Shown here piece by piece: positions 22,632-37,039 of a stretch of 64,000 nt of DNA. The notes beneath the pieces were generated by a model. That model was not told the origin of the DNA. It saw only the letters and a program-made list of their open reading frames with translations, and made no database searches. Source of the DNA: Octopus vulgaris (lineage: Eukaryota); NCBI GenBank assembly GCA_951406725.2, contig OX597814.1, positions 96,782,001 through 96,846,000 of the forward strand. Direction: 5' to 3'. A program made the position numbers and the translations under genes. The stretch's first letter is position 1, and every line of letters starts with the position of its first letter.

Positions 22632-25092
22632 TCTGTGTGTACGTGTGTGAAAGGGGACCGTGAATACGAAAGTCTCATCCCTACCCATGTGCAATAGTCG
22701 AGCCCCGACTGGGATGGCTAAACCTGAGGAACATGTGTAGCATAGAAATGATAATAGGAAGTGAAGTAAGTATCGTCGGAAAGAAGTTATATCAGAATAC
22801 GTAATGTCGAATCGTTAGTTTCGATTTCCACATAGATCTACTTTTTTCTTTTTCTTTTTTTTTTATTCTTGCAAGTATTTTCAAGAAATATCTGAGCATC
22901 GCTTCTTTATCTTAAACATACTGCTACAAACAATTCTTTTTTTCTTCCATCTTTCCTTTTTTTTTTTTTGTGGTGAAATATATTATTCCTTTTTATTGTG
23001 TCTGGGGACAGTAATCCTGGTTTAATGCCTTATTAATTAACACACTCACCGAATCAATTTCCACTTATTTACTTCTTTTTTTTTTCCTAAACTTTTCGTT
23101 GCTTCTTGCAACCTTATTGAAGAAGTTGCAAGAAGCAACGAAAATTTTAGAAAAAAAGAGATACAATAAAATATGCTTCAACACACGAATTCACATAAAG
23201 AATCCTGCAAACCAAATACAAAAACGAAATATTATTCCCTATTTATGTTGAAAAAATGAAAGTATTGATGAGATTGTGTGACTTTTATGCCTCTCCGAAG
23301 AGCATTTAACCACATAAAGAATTGAAATAGTTTAAACTTAGAATCGAAACCAGGTCGTGAACTAGACTTCCTGAGAACATTACGTCTGCTAATAGAATTA
23401 TCAACAATTTTCCATTGAGTTTACACATTCCGTTTTTAAAAGTATAACTTTATTTCAATACGCATCGCATAGTCATATAAATCGCCAACACCACATTCTT
23501 CTACGACTAGACGATTACGCACTAAACAAATTCTGAAATAAAGAAAACAAACACACAGACACGGAGTAACATTATATCACTCCACTTACATAAACAGAAA
23601 AATAACGAGATACTCCCACCCGTGTAATAGTTGCATATATTTCAGTCCTATCAACATAAACGATCTCGCCAACACAGAGCTATAGCATCTCGTAACTCCG
23701 CCCATTTGTTCGAGACTAAAAATGAAAATGTTTTATCGCTTAATGTCTTCCATACTTCAACACGTCAATCGACAGTATAGCTTGTATTAACAATTTATTT
23801 CATTATGTGGTAATGTCGAAAATCTTGCTTGGTGTCGACCGTAAAACAGCTGTAAGTTTTTGTTGATTATATTGTTTCTCCTCCTTTTTATCATTATTTT
23901 CTTTTATATTTATTTACCTTTAATGTCGATAGTACATATATATTCGATTCGACCACTTTCTATCATCTCTTTTACTTAACAATTCTATCACAACTGTTAA
24001 TTGGACCCACAGCAACATTAACAAGCATCGCACCCATACAACACATTTTATTTACAACTTAGTTGACTTTTCTCAAGGTAATAATTGTACCCGGTATATC
24101 CTGTCGTAGTGTTGTCATCGTATTGTTATAATTACTCTAGGGGGAAAAAATGAGAATTAGTTAGAAAAGAATATTAACTGTTTTCATATTTATGATTTCA
24201 ATATTGTTTTCATTTCCAATCCGAGATCTTTCAATACAATATTATTGTCAAATATATATTCTGAAAAGCACAACAAGCACTGATTTGACTGGTTAAACTA
24301 TCTATATTTACGTATTCCTGCACACATCTTTATGAGTTGTTGCGTCGGCGCGCATATTAGTAAATATATATTCATGTCTATGAAATTGACGATGGCAATA
24401 GGGTCGAAAGGATCGCATAATCGGTTCAGGATATATATTCGTAGGACGAAATAAATTCGTAGCTAAAACTTGCAATACTAATTAAAACAAGAATCGTCAC
24501 TTTGCGGGAAAATTTGGCAACAATGTTTTCTTATGAGCTATATACATAAACAAACATACGTATAAACAGACATAATGTGTGTGTGTGTGTGCGTGTGCGT
24601 CAATGTCTGTCTACGAGTGTTTTGGTGTTCATATGTGATCATGTGTGCATTCCTGCGTATATATATATATATATATGTTTGTGCGTGTATGTAAGTATAC
24701 ATGTGAATATGTGAGTATATATGCGATCCCGCAGGATCTACTGCCATTATGAAGCTTATGGTGGGATATAAAAAAGATAATTACTGACACATACATACAT
24801 ACACACAAAAACACATATATATGCATGTGTATATACACAGATTTATAAATACATACCTACAGACACGTGTATCTATCAATCAAGTTATCTATCTATTTAT
24901 CTATCTATCTATCAATCTAGTTATCTATTTATTTATTTATCTATCTAGCTATCTATTTAACTATCTATCTATCTACATATATAAATATACAGTGAGAGAG
25001 AGAAAGAGAGAAACCAAAATATAGAAGGCATGTATATATCAATAATCGCTCTCACACTTTCTCTATTTATCTGTCTGCCTATCTCTTCTCCC

Positions 25093-25133
<41 letters not shown>

Positions 25134-25313
25134 GTGTGTGTATGTATATATATATATATGTATACATGTATATATATATATAAGGAGAATGGAGGGTTTG
25201 AACACAGAAAAATCTATTTATATATATATACATATATAATATACACACATGTATATACATATATATATATTACTATGTATTTATTTGTGTATGTATATAT
25301 ATATACATACATA

Positions 25314-25347
<34 letters not shown>

Positions 25348-25428
25348 CACACATATACATATATAATATACACACATGTATATACATATATATATTGTTA
25401 TGTATTTATTTGTGTATGTATATATATA

Positions 25429-26022
<594 letters not shown>

Positions 26023-26146
26023 GTGAAAATATTATAATATGTTATAAAATATTATAATAATCCAGGTTTCTCGTAGCACTAGGCCACTTGGTGTGGAATA
26101 AATATACTATTAAATTAGTATCTAATTCTCTCACCCTTATTAATTA

Positions 26147-26590
<444 letters not shown>

Positions 26591-26600
26591 ATGTATATAT

Positions 26601-26783
26601 ATCATCATCATCATCATCATTTAGCGTCCGTTTTCCATGCTAGCATGGGTTGGACGGTTCAACTGGGGTCTGTGAAGCCAGAAGGCTTCATCAGGCCCAG
26701 TCAGATCTGGCAGTGTTTCTATGGCTGGATGCCCTTCCTAACGCCAACCACTCCGTGAGTGTAGTAGGTGCTTTTTACGTGCC
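26601..26783 (-). mobile_element. Family D repeat
   Basis: See 18975-19136. Confidence 0.85.
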
Positions 26784-27271
26784 ATATATATTTATTTGTG
26801 TATGTATATATATATATATATATATATATAAGTTGTAGTAATGAAGTCAAACCAAATAGTGATATTTTGAAATTATTTAGTACATACATTTCAGGTCTAT
26901 GTAATATATAATAGGAAATGCATCCATTACGTAAGACCTTCCTCAGTTAAAACATTTCAAAATATGGAACTGTTGGTTTGACTTCATTGTTACAACTTAT
27001 AGGACTCAATGCCAATACAAACTAGCCAGTCCAGACTCCACTTATGCAGACAATCTAACAATAATTTGGAATAGTTTGTTACGTTTGACTGAACTCGAAT
27101 ATTCTGGTACCATGCACTGCTTCTTAGTATAACATAAAACATATATTCAGTTATATATATTTGCAAATAATAAGGAATTACTTCAAACATTTACCGGTTT
27201 GCTCCCGGTTAGGTATTTAAAATAGGTTATTCATCAGTTAATATATAGTTATAGGCTGTGTGGTAAGAAGG

Positions 27272-27431
27272 CACAGGCGTGGCTGTGTGGTAAGAAGCTA
27301 TCTTCCCAACCACGTGGTTCCAGGTACAGTCTCACTGTGTGGCACCTTGGGAAAGTATATTCTACTATAGCCTCAAGCTGACCAATGCCTTGTGAGTGGA
27401 TTTTGCTGACGGAAACTGAAAGAAGTCTCTC

Positions 27432-27473
<42 letters not shown>

Positions 27474-27552
27474 GTATGTATGTATGTATGTATGTATGTA
27501 TGTATGTATGTATGTATGTATGTATGTATGTATGTATGTATGTATGTATGTA

Positions 27553-27634
<82 letters not shown>

Positions 27635-27845
27635 TCTGATTTTGTCGCTCTGCCATCATTTGACAACCAATGCTGGTGTGTTTATATCTCTGTAACTTAG
27701 TGGTTTAGCAAAAGAGACTGATATAATAAGTACTAGGCTTGCATCGAATAAGTCCTGGGGTCAGTTTATTTGACTAAAACCGTTAAGGTGGTGCTCCAGC
27801 ATGGCCACCGTCAAATGACTGAAACAAGTAAAAGAATAAAAGAAT
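27272..27845 (+). mobile_element. Family B SINE with expanded internal (TA)/(TATG)/(TG) microsatellite
   Basis: Full head, CORE-like segment and tail; 5' GGCTGTGTGGTAAGAAG is duplicated at 27254. Confidence 0.88.
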
Positions 27846-28662
27846 GTGTATGTATGTGTATATATATATATATATGAAGAGTATAGGAATAAATTATCCA
27901 GGCTGGTACTGTAAGAGCTATGAGGTATAGTCCAGGTTACTGCTAACCACATCACGTAGTAAGAAGCACCAAGTATCACTTAGGTTGAGCAATCCCACAG
28001 TAATTCTTCAGATGGGTAAATCCAGGTTCACTTCACTGGATTACGAATATTTTTGAAAGTGTAATTTCAAAGCAATTATAAAGAATACGGACTTGGTACA
28101 TCCTCAAATTTTCCTGTTTATGTAACAGTTAATTATACAGTGTAATTAACTGTTAAATTAAAAGAAATAATTGCACACATCTATAAATGTATTATGTATG
28201 TGTATGTGGGAGGGGTATGTTTGCGTTTACCCTTGTCTGAACATTGTGTGATGATTGTGAACGAGCAATGATGTTTATTTCTAATCTCCTGTGAAAAAAT
28301 ACATCTGAAGAGGGAAAAAATACAACCTTGGTTGTAAACAGGCTAGGGTTGGGAAAAGTGAGAGCATCCACTTGCAGAAATATATATACATATATCTGTA
28401 CTAGACCACAACTATGTTGCCTGAGATACACCAATACCTTATGTATATATATATATATATATATATATCTTTGAAAAAATATATATGTAGGTGTATACAT
28501 AGATATACATGTAAATATATGTATATATGTGTGTGTGTGTGTGTGTGCATATGTATATTTATATATATATGTATAAATATGTGTATAAATATAAGTATAC
28601 ATATGTGTGTGTTTGTGTAACGATTATAAGCACAAGATGCAGTTTATTTTTTTTTTGTTCCC

Positions 28663-28820
28663 TACAAACATTTCGCCATTGTGTTCATTTGCATCTTCTG
28701 CGGTGGATGCTCCAAGTACAATTGAGTACTGTTGTGCATAATATTGTGTTCCTCTGATGAATTGTTGTGCTTCAGTATCCAATTGTGCTTGGAGCATCCA
28801 CTACAGTGGTGAAATTTGTG
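28663..28820. repeat. Imperfect long hairpin (possible MITE relic)
   Basis: GTGGATGCTCCAAGTACAATTGAGTACTG pairs with CAGTATCCAATTGTGCTTGGAGCATCCAC; outer ATTTCGCCATTGT pairs with ACAGTGGTGAAAT. Confidence 0.75.
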
Positions 28821-30114
28821 TGAGGGAGAAATGATATAAACCGCTCTTGTGTTTATCATAATTTTCCCTATATTTGCTCTGTATATCATAACCAATAATA
28901 AAGATAAAGAGAGTAGCAACCACAACACTTATGTGGAAATAGACTGGATGGTGTTACTCTAAGCAGAGCTATAAATTTACCAGTAGCAGTCATACATCTA
29001 ACTATACAACTATACACAAGATACTCTATATATGTGTCTGTGTAAGTTTACATACATACATACATATATATATAATCACCATCGTTTAATGTCCACTGTC
29101 CATGCTGGTATGGGTATATATATCATTTCCTTTATTTGTTGGTTAAGAAGGCTACCAGTGGTTTCATGCCAAGAATTCTCAGCAATTATCAAGCCTGCCA
29201 CAGAGTATGTTGGTACTCATTTCCATCTTATTAGCCAACAAATAATAAGTATTTATCCACCAATGTGGTGTAGATCATGCTTTCTCATTGTTTTATATTA
29301 ATGTATATTATTACATCTATATATACACACTGATGCATGTGTGCACACACACACACATATACATGTTTATATCTATATTTCATGTAGGGCAGGTAGAACT
29401 ATAAGCTTTACAAGTTTACTTTCCAATCACATGGTTTTGTGTTCAGTCTCAGTGTGTGGCACTTTGGTCAGATGTCTTCTACTGTCACTCTGAGTTGACT
29501 GAGTATTGTGAGTGAATTTGGTAAACAATATACAGAAAGCTCATCATATATTTATATGTGTGTGTGTATGTGTAAATATTTTCCCCTGTATATGTGTGTG
29601 TATATATATACTGATATGTGCTTATATCTGATTTAGCTACAGTTACATGCCAATTTTACTGTAGCTATATACACTCAGATATATTTATATATGTCTGTCT
29701 GTAGCTCAGAGCTACAAGAACATGGGAATATATAAACATACAAGAAACCACCTGTGTCAAGTTCACATGCGCGTGTGTGTGTGTTTGTGTGTGTGCGTGT
29801 GTGACTGTCAAAGCAATGGGAGACAGCTTAACACTAGCACATCATGATGCGATATCCACTCATATAAAATAATGGCTTCATTCTGATTGAATAAGATATA
29901 CCGAAGGTTACATGCTGGAATGGGATAATTTATAAACAATACTAGTTACTGTGAAACTATTAATCTATTCACAAACAGTTAACCACCATGTATTTCTTCT
30001 AAAAGTATTCCATGTCCTAAATTCTATTGAGTGTTTAGATACTTAGATGTCCGTGTGTGTATATTATATTATATATAATATGTATTTACAGATGTATATA
30101 AATATATACACTGT

Positions 30115-30154
<40 letters not shown>

Positions 30155-30869
30155 TATATATATATGTAGGATAAATTGATAGATATAGATATATGAGATA
30201 TGAATGAGAAAATATGCATATTTACGTATTAAAGAGAGAAAGTAAAGAAGAACTGAAGAAAGAAACAGATGTTTCTGTAACTAACACTTACTTTCCTATT
30301 GTATTCATTTGTTCATTCATTCATTTAATATCTCCTTTGCCAGTTTGCATAAATTTTGACAGAGAGTTCTTAGAGGCAGGATTCTACAGCCAAATGCTCT
30401 TCCTGTGAGCAACTCCTACTTGTTTTTCATGTTGGGGATATCTGTATTACAGAGGGCTTCAAAAACACTGAGTGACTTGTCATAGTGTCAACAAAACAAT
30501 GTCAACATTGGCACCACATCATTCAGGTGGAGTGTAAACATACATGTATATCAACACACATACTCACACACACACACACACATAACCTATGCCAGTATGG
30601 AAAACAGATATTAAATGATGATGATGATGATGCACAATGAGCTTCTTTTAGTTTCCATCTACCAAATTCCCCCACAAGGCTTAGTCATTTGGGGTTGTAG
30701 ACACCTGCCCAGAGTGCTTCCCTTGTGGGACTGAACCTACAACCAAAAGGTTGGCGAGTGAGCTTCTTAATTGCACAATAATGCTTGTATCTATATGTAC
30801 ACTCAGCAAGTCAACCTCTGTTTGATGTATACATAGTGAGATATGACATTGGTTTATTCATGCTGGATA

Positions 30870-31930
30870 CCTTACAAAACATACACAACCTCTCAGTTGG
30901 GATCTTTATAGAGTTGCTATCTCTCCTGTCACAAGTTATAAGAATGGCCACACCATGTGTAAGTTCAGGAAGTCTAAACTTTTGACTTAACAGTAACTGT
31001 TACCACCAACTTATCAAAGGTCAACTTCGTAGATGTCACTCTAGACCTGAAGTCAAGCAAGTGCTACACCACTGAAGAAGCTCTTTATATTCACAGAAAC
31101 TCTAACCATCCACAAGCTATAATTGAAATCTAGTCGATATTTTGGTACACAGAGAGACCAAACAGACATCTTCAACGGGGTCACACCTCATTATAATGAG
31201 GTACTAGCAATGATTAGCTTTAATAACACATTAGTATCTGTGAAGGATCCCTCACTACCATTCCCAAACCCAAAGAGTGTTACAAAGAGAAAGGTAATGT
31301 GGTATAATCCCCCACGTACTCTAGCTGTTTCCACTGGTAGAGCTAGAAGCATTCTGGTGTTAATTAGACAGCGTTTCCCAAGAACCCAAAGGTTTCATAA
31401 GCTCTTTAATACTCATAGCATTAAATTTACCTACTTACGCTTGGATAATATTTTCCAATATTACACTCTATAACAAAAACAAACTGGCATCCACACAATC
31501 TTTACTTCAAACCCCAAAATGTAACTGTCAAAATCCCACCTGTAATTAGATCCTGTCTCTCAAAGACTGTGGTCTAGGGAGCCACCCTTATACTATCCAT
31601 CAAGGGAAGGTTTATGCAACACATCTATTCCTTTAGGTGTTGGGACAGGGCAAATTCTACCTTCCTGTCCTTCTTTATCTGGAAACTCTCAGACCAAGGA
31701 AGTAACCTCCCTAACAATATATGGAACATTATTGATGAAGCCCTTCCTTACTCACTTGGAATTTAATTGGCAACTCTGCCCCGCAAAGATACTGCAACAT
31801 TCTACTGTGTCCCTCAATAAGAATACCAATCTATCTTATTGTCCTCTCCAGAAATACGCCCTGTTTATGAATGTCAAATCATTTGCTACTCTACACCTAG
31901 TTGGCCCATGCACAATTGCAGGAGTATAGA
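30870..31930 (+). mobile_element. Decayed Naiad-like Penelope element (RT thumb, linker, GIY-YIG)
   Basis: KVNFVDVTLDL, LYIHRNSNHP, KRKVMWYNPP, FHKLFNTHSIKFTY, KCNCQNP, FIWKL, QLCPAK, LNKNT. Confidence 0.78.
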
Positions 31931-32967
31931 ATCCCTCTTCATTCACAATAAAATTATTTCTGCTTCTACATAATAACAATGTTGCCTACTATCATCAAGT
32001 TATATTTTTTTTAAATTACACCATGCTACCAAGCTTGGTTACAAACTAATATATAGCCTAGCAATGCCATACCAATTATCTCACCATGTGGTAACTGCCA
32101 TGGCTGAAATGTCAAATGTTATGGCATCCCAGATACATGATGCCACATTCTGTCTGCTGTACCATGTGGAGCATATAAATAATGAATTGCTATCACTGCT
32201 ATGCAAAAATATTTACATGACTTGAAGTGACCATTGGACGCACAGATATTCTCACCAAGAAGCCATTTTATAATTTCTTTTAAATTCTCTTTACTCTGAC
32301 TACATACACCTGAGGTTGTAAACATATTTTGTGCCACAAAACTCTAAGTGATATGGAACTGAGCCAACCTATTACAAAATGCTTACAACTCCAACTAAAT
32401 GAATTGAGTGCTACATTCTTTCATTTGTTCACTTACATGTATATGCATAACCATATCATTACTCACTGTTTCTCTCTTTTTTTCTCTCTCTCTCTCTCTC
32501 TCTCAATCTCTCTCTCTCTCTTTCTCCACCTCCTCCTCCCCTTAAAAGTATTTGTATTCACCCTAGGATATTGAGTACCCTACACATATACTCTTATCTC
32601 TCAATCTCAATAACCCATTTCTAGTATTTCTGCTGTCATTACTTCCCATTCTATTCCCCTCCTCAGCTTTAGATTAATAGGTTTTCACTACATTTACTGT
32701 GTACAAGGTATACTGTCTCCTGTACTTGTTCTACAATACAAACAGTCACTTTCCCTCTACAAATGAATGGTTAGCAAGTCAACCTCACTAATGCTGGTGC
32801 CATGAAAATGCACTCAGTATGTACTATAAAGTGATTGTCAAATAAGCAAAGAATCTGTTGAGCTGTAAGATCCATTTAACCCTCTCTTACTGAGGACTAT
32901 TCAACTTCACAAGTGTTAGTACTTTTCAACTTACACACATACTCACAGATATGCACTCACACACACA

Positions 32968-33008
<41 letters not shown>

Positions 33009-33604
33009 CACACACACGTTTGTATGCATTTTTCTTTCTTCCTCACTTTATCTTTCTATATATATATATATATTTATGTATATAAAGGAGTGGCGTCTAT
33101 CAAATTCATTACAGTATGTGGAAAGTACTAACTTGGAATCGATAATAGGCAAAATTAACAAGGCGTGAACAGTAAGGTTTTGTACTCAGAATGTAAAGTG
33201 GATAAAACAAAATGCGAAAACCATTGAACACAATGTTCTATTGTTCTGGCTATTCCACTGAAATTTTTATTAAAGAATATAATTAAAACTTCAACTGGCG
33301 ATAGTGCACTTTTCATCTTCTTTCCAGTGTTAAATTAGTTGGCATCAAAAGCAGGATTAGTAAGAGCTTAGCAATACCAATGACAGTGCACCAGTGTGGC
33401 CACAGATATAGACTGAAACAAATATAAGATAAAAGATAGAAGTCTATATCTATAAAAATATTCATATTTACACATATATTGTATGTATTTATTTATGCAT
33501 ATTCATATTTGTACATCCATACTTATAATTAGATTCCTGTATATACATATGTAGTCATGTATATATTTACATATATTTTTATGTATATACATACATTTAT
33601 ATAT

Positions 33605-34910
33605 ATATTCAGATGAATGTGGTATGTACGTTGAAGCACCAGAATTTAGTACGGTATTATCCATACAATTTCAAAATAAAGTGATTAAAATCAAAATAAG
33701 CAACAAAGATATCCAGAGGTAATGCAGTACAATCTTTTCACGCAACTCCATTTAATTGAACAATGCAATCATTACATCAATTTAAATGCAGAGCTTTCCT
33801 CAGCTGCACAAAGACATAGAATTTAATTAAATTAAAACAGATGGACACATTAGTATAATTTTACTGAAAATCTCCAAGAAGTTAAAGAGATAGACAAAGA
33901 ACATGCTGCCTTCACATCAGCTTAGAAGCTACTAAGGTATCAAGAAGAAAGACTTGTTACAGATTTTGCTTGTCACTGTTTTATGGGGTCAGTTTTAATT
34001 TATAGACTAGTTTTACCAAATCCTTGTATATCTAAGGCCTGAGAGAACTGGGGCAGTGTCTGCTTGGGGTAGGGCTGAGGGAGTCGACAGAAATCATAGT
34101 GGGTATAGTCATAGAAAAGTCAAGATTTATTGGAAGCAATATCATGAGATTTGGTAAAAGAAAAACTTAAATCAAGATGTTAGCTGACAATTGAGCCCCC
34201 CACCCCACCCTGGCCACTAGCAGACCATTGAGAATGAAACAGGGGAAATCTTATCATGTAGTACTATAGTTAGATAATTTAAACAATGTTGCTATATTGT
34301 ATAAAGTTAAAGTCTAGGGTTATTCAGAGGATTATTAAGAAGAATATTATAACAAAAGGATAAAAAGTTTTTTGAATACTTTTGAGTATATATCAGACTT
34401 TTACCACAATAGAAGGAGGAAAAGAAATTATTTAGAAATAGTTTAATATTTATACATATATCCTTAAATACTAACTTTTCACTAATGCGTCCATCTATTT
34501 TAATTTAATTAAATTCTATGTCTTAAATTGATGTGGCACGTAAAAAGCACCATCTGTACGTGGTCGATGCCAGCACCACCTTTACTGGCTTCCGTGCCGG
34601 TGGCACGTAAAAAAACCAACCGATCGTGGCCGTTGCCAGCCACCCCTGGCACATAAAAAGCACCCACTACACTCACGGAGTGGTTGGCATTAGGAAGGGC
34701 ATCCAGCTGTAGAAACACTGCCAGATCAGACTGGAGCCTGGTGCAGCCTCCTGGCTTCCCAGACCCGGTCGAACCATCCAACCCATGCTAGCATGGAAAA
34801 CGGACGTTAAATGATGATGATAATGATGTTGCATTGTTCAATTAAATGGAGTTGTGTGAAACGATTGTACTGCATTACCTCTGGATATCCTTGTTGCTTA
34901 TTTTGATTCA
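33605..34910 (-). mobile_element. PLE relic: pLTR with hammerhead, decayed internal region and inverted partial pLTR
   Basis: 33690-33775 is inverted-repeated at 34829-34910; homologous to 18105-18520; hammerhead GTGCAG-CTGAGGA...GAAA-a-GATT-GTA-CTGCAT at ~33722-33809 has a mutated stem III. Confidence 0.72.
34531..34828 (+). mobile_element. Family D repeat with three internal GGCACGTAAAAAGCACC units
   Basis: Nested in the PLE relic; (GAT)n tail. Confidence 0.85.
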
Positions 34911-35354
34911 TACATATATATATCAAGCTGTTGGTTAAGAAGGTTGCTTCCCAACCATATGGTATTGAGTTCAGTCCTGCTCTGTGACACTCTGAGCAAT
35001 TTGGGCAAATGTCTTCTATTACAGCACTGGGCTGACCAAAGCCTTGTGAATGGATTTAGTTGAGAGAAACTGAAAGACATACATACATACATACATACAT
35101 ACATACATACATACATACATACATACATACATGCATGCATGCATGCATGCATGCGTGTGTGTGTACTTCCTCTTTCATACATTAATTAAGAGCACGTGTC
35201 TGAATAGGTTAATCAAAAGCACACACACCAGAAAAAAAAACTTCCAAAAAAGGTTGGTAACATCCTAAAAGAAGATATTTTATTTATTTTTTTAAAAATA
35301 TCCTCTTAAAAACTGTACTAAGTAATTTTCACAAATCCTTTCAAATATGCGCGC

Positions 35355-35405
<51 letters not shown>

Positions 35406-35547
35406 TATATATTGCAGTCATCTGGCTTGCCAGTCCTCAGTCAAACCGCCCAACCCATGCCAGCATGGAAAGCGGACGTTAAATGATGATTATGATGGTA
35501 TCTATCTATCTATCTATCTATTATATATATATATATATATATATATG

Positions 35548-36058
35548 CAATCCACTGCTTGGATTTACCTGGGATTATACATAAAGAAGTACACCTTCAT
35601 GGAAATATGGATAAACTCCCATACCCTCCAGAACAAGACAAACTATGAACTTTATACTTCTATCTACTTTAAATTTTCTGTCTAGAACTTTCCTGCACAC
35701 ACACACCTTGTTTCTGATGAAGGACTACCCAGTGTATGGGGATCTTCATCAACATATTGAAACATATTGATCCAAAACCTGGGATATTCCAGAAACAGCT
35801 GTAAAACATTATTTACTACTACTTTTCCTTACTTTCATTCACCTTTACTTTAATTAAAATATTCCAATTAGTCTGATAAGCTTGTCCTACCTTGGTTTTG
35901 TTTTCCTTTGATTTATCCCTGCTGACTCGGAAGCCTGCCACAAATCCTTAGCTGCGGCCTCTGTTGTGAACCTGGATCCTAATAAATTACCAATTACAGC
36001 ACTTACACTGCATACTTATTGGTTTAGATCATAAGTGACCTATACTCTTCCTGTTCTA
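35548..36058 (+). mobile_element. PLE pLTR relic between (TA)n tracts
   Basis: Carries a hammerhead and T-rich downstream sequence typical of pLTRs; the element assignment is inferred. Confidence 0.65.
35709..35808 (+). ncRNA. Type I hammerhead ribozyme motif, intact core
   Basis: TGTTT-CTGATGA-A-GGACTACCCAG...CTGGGATATTCC-A-GAAA-C-AGCT-GTA-AAACA. Stem I, stem II, 1-bp-extended stem III with palindromic loop, GUA cleavage triplet. Confidence 0.85.
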
Positions 36059-36072
36059 AATATATATATATG

Positions 36073-36127
<55 letters not shown>

Positions 36128-36601
36128 TATATATATATATATATATATATCATGTATCATCATCATTGTTTAATGTCTGCTTTCCATGCTGGCATGGGTG
36201 GGATGGTTTGATAGGAGCCAGCCAGGCAAGAGCTTGTACCAGACTTATATGACTGTTTTGGCAGGAATTTTAGAGCTGGATGCCCTTCATAATACCAACC
36301 AATCAGCAAAATGGACTTAGTGCTTTTTACATGGTACAAGCACATGCAAGGTTAGTTTTGGCAAAGTTTCTATGGCTGGATGCCCTTCTAAATGCCAACC
36401 ACTTTATAGTGTGGACTGGATGCTTTTTAAGTGGCACCTGCACTGACAGGGTGACCAAGTAACTTGCAAGGCAAAAATCTTTGGGTGGGTGAGCATTGGA
36501 GGAGGTGATCTTGTGTCAGATAATGAAAGGTTATAATGAGACAGAAATGGGTGTCTTGCTGTAGGTGAGGTACAAGGTTACCTGACTAGATAGATAGATA
36601 T

Positions 36602-36665
<64 letters not shown>

Positions 36666-36673
<8 letters not shown>

Positions 36674-36741
36674 GACAGAAACAAGAGTGCTGCTGCAAAG
36701 GAGACCCTTTGCAACAGCACTCCTGTTTCTGTCTTCATTCT
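36666..36741. repeat. Near-perfect hairpin, 36-bp stem, 4-nt loop
   Basis: AGAATGAAGACAGAAACAAGAGTGCTGCTGCAAAGG-AGAC-CCTTTGCAACAGCACTCCTGTTTCTGTCTTCATTCT; two mismatches. Confidence 0.92.
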
Positions 36742-37039
36742 ACCCAACCTGAGGGAAGTGCAGGAGAAGGAGAGAGAGAGAGTGGGAGACAGCAGGATAG
36801 AGATGGTAGCAAAGTGCCAGGCATACCCACAAGGGATGGGGACCAGAATATAAATGGGGTGGTTGAATAAAGGAAGAGAGAGATATAGATGGTGGCAAGT
36901 ACCAGGGCATACCTTTGAGGTTCAAAGGTCATAATACAAGTGGCAGGATATTGCAAAAGAAGTGTGATTACAGAGTGCAGAGGAGGGTGGAAGTGAATGG
37001 AGAAAACCTGGGTATATACAGAGTGTGGAGGGGCTACCG

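Noticed and set aside
22728-22765. Hammerhead-like CTGAGGA...GAAA
   Set aside because: Stems I and III cannot be formed convincingly.
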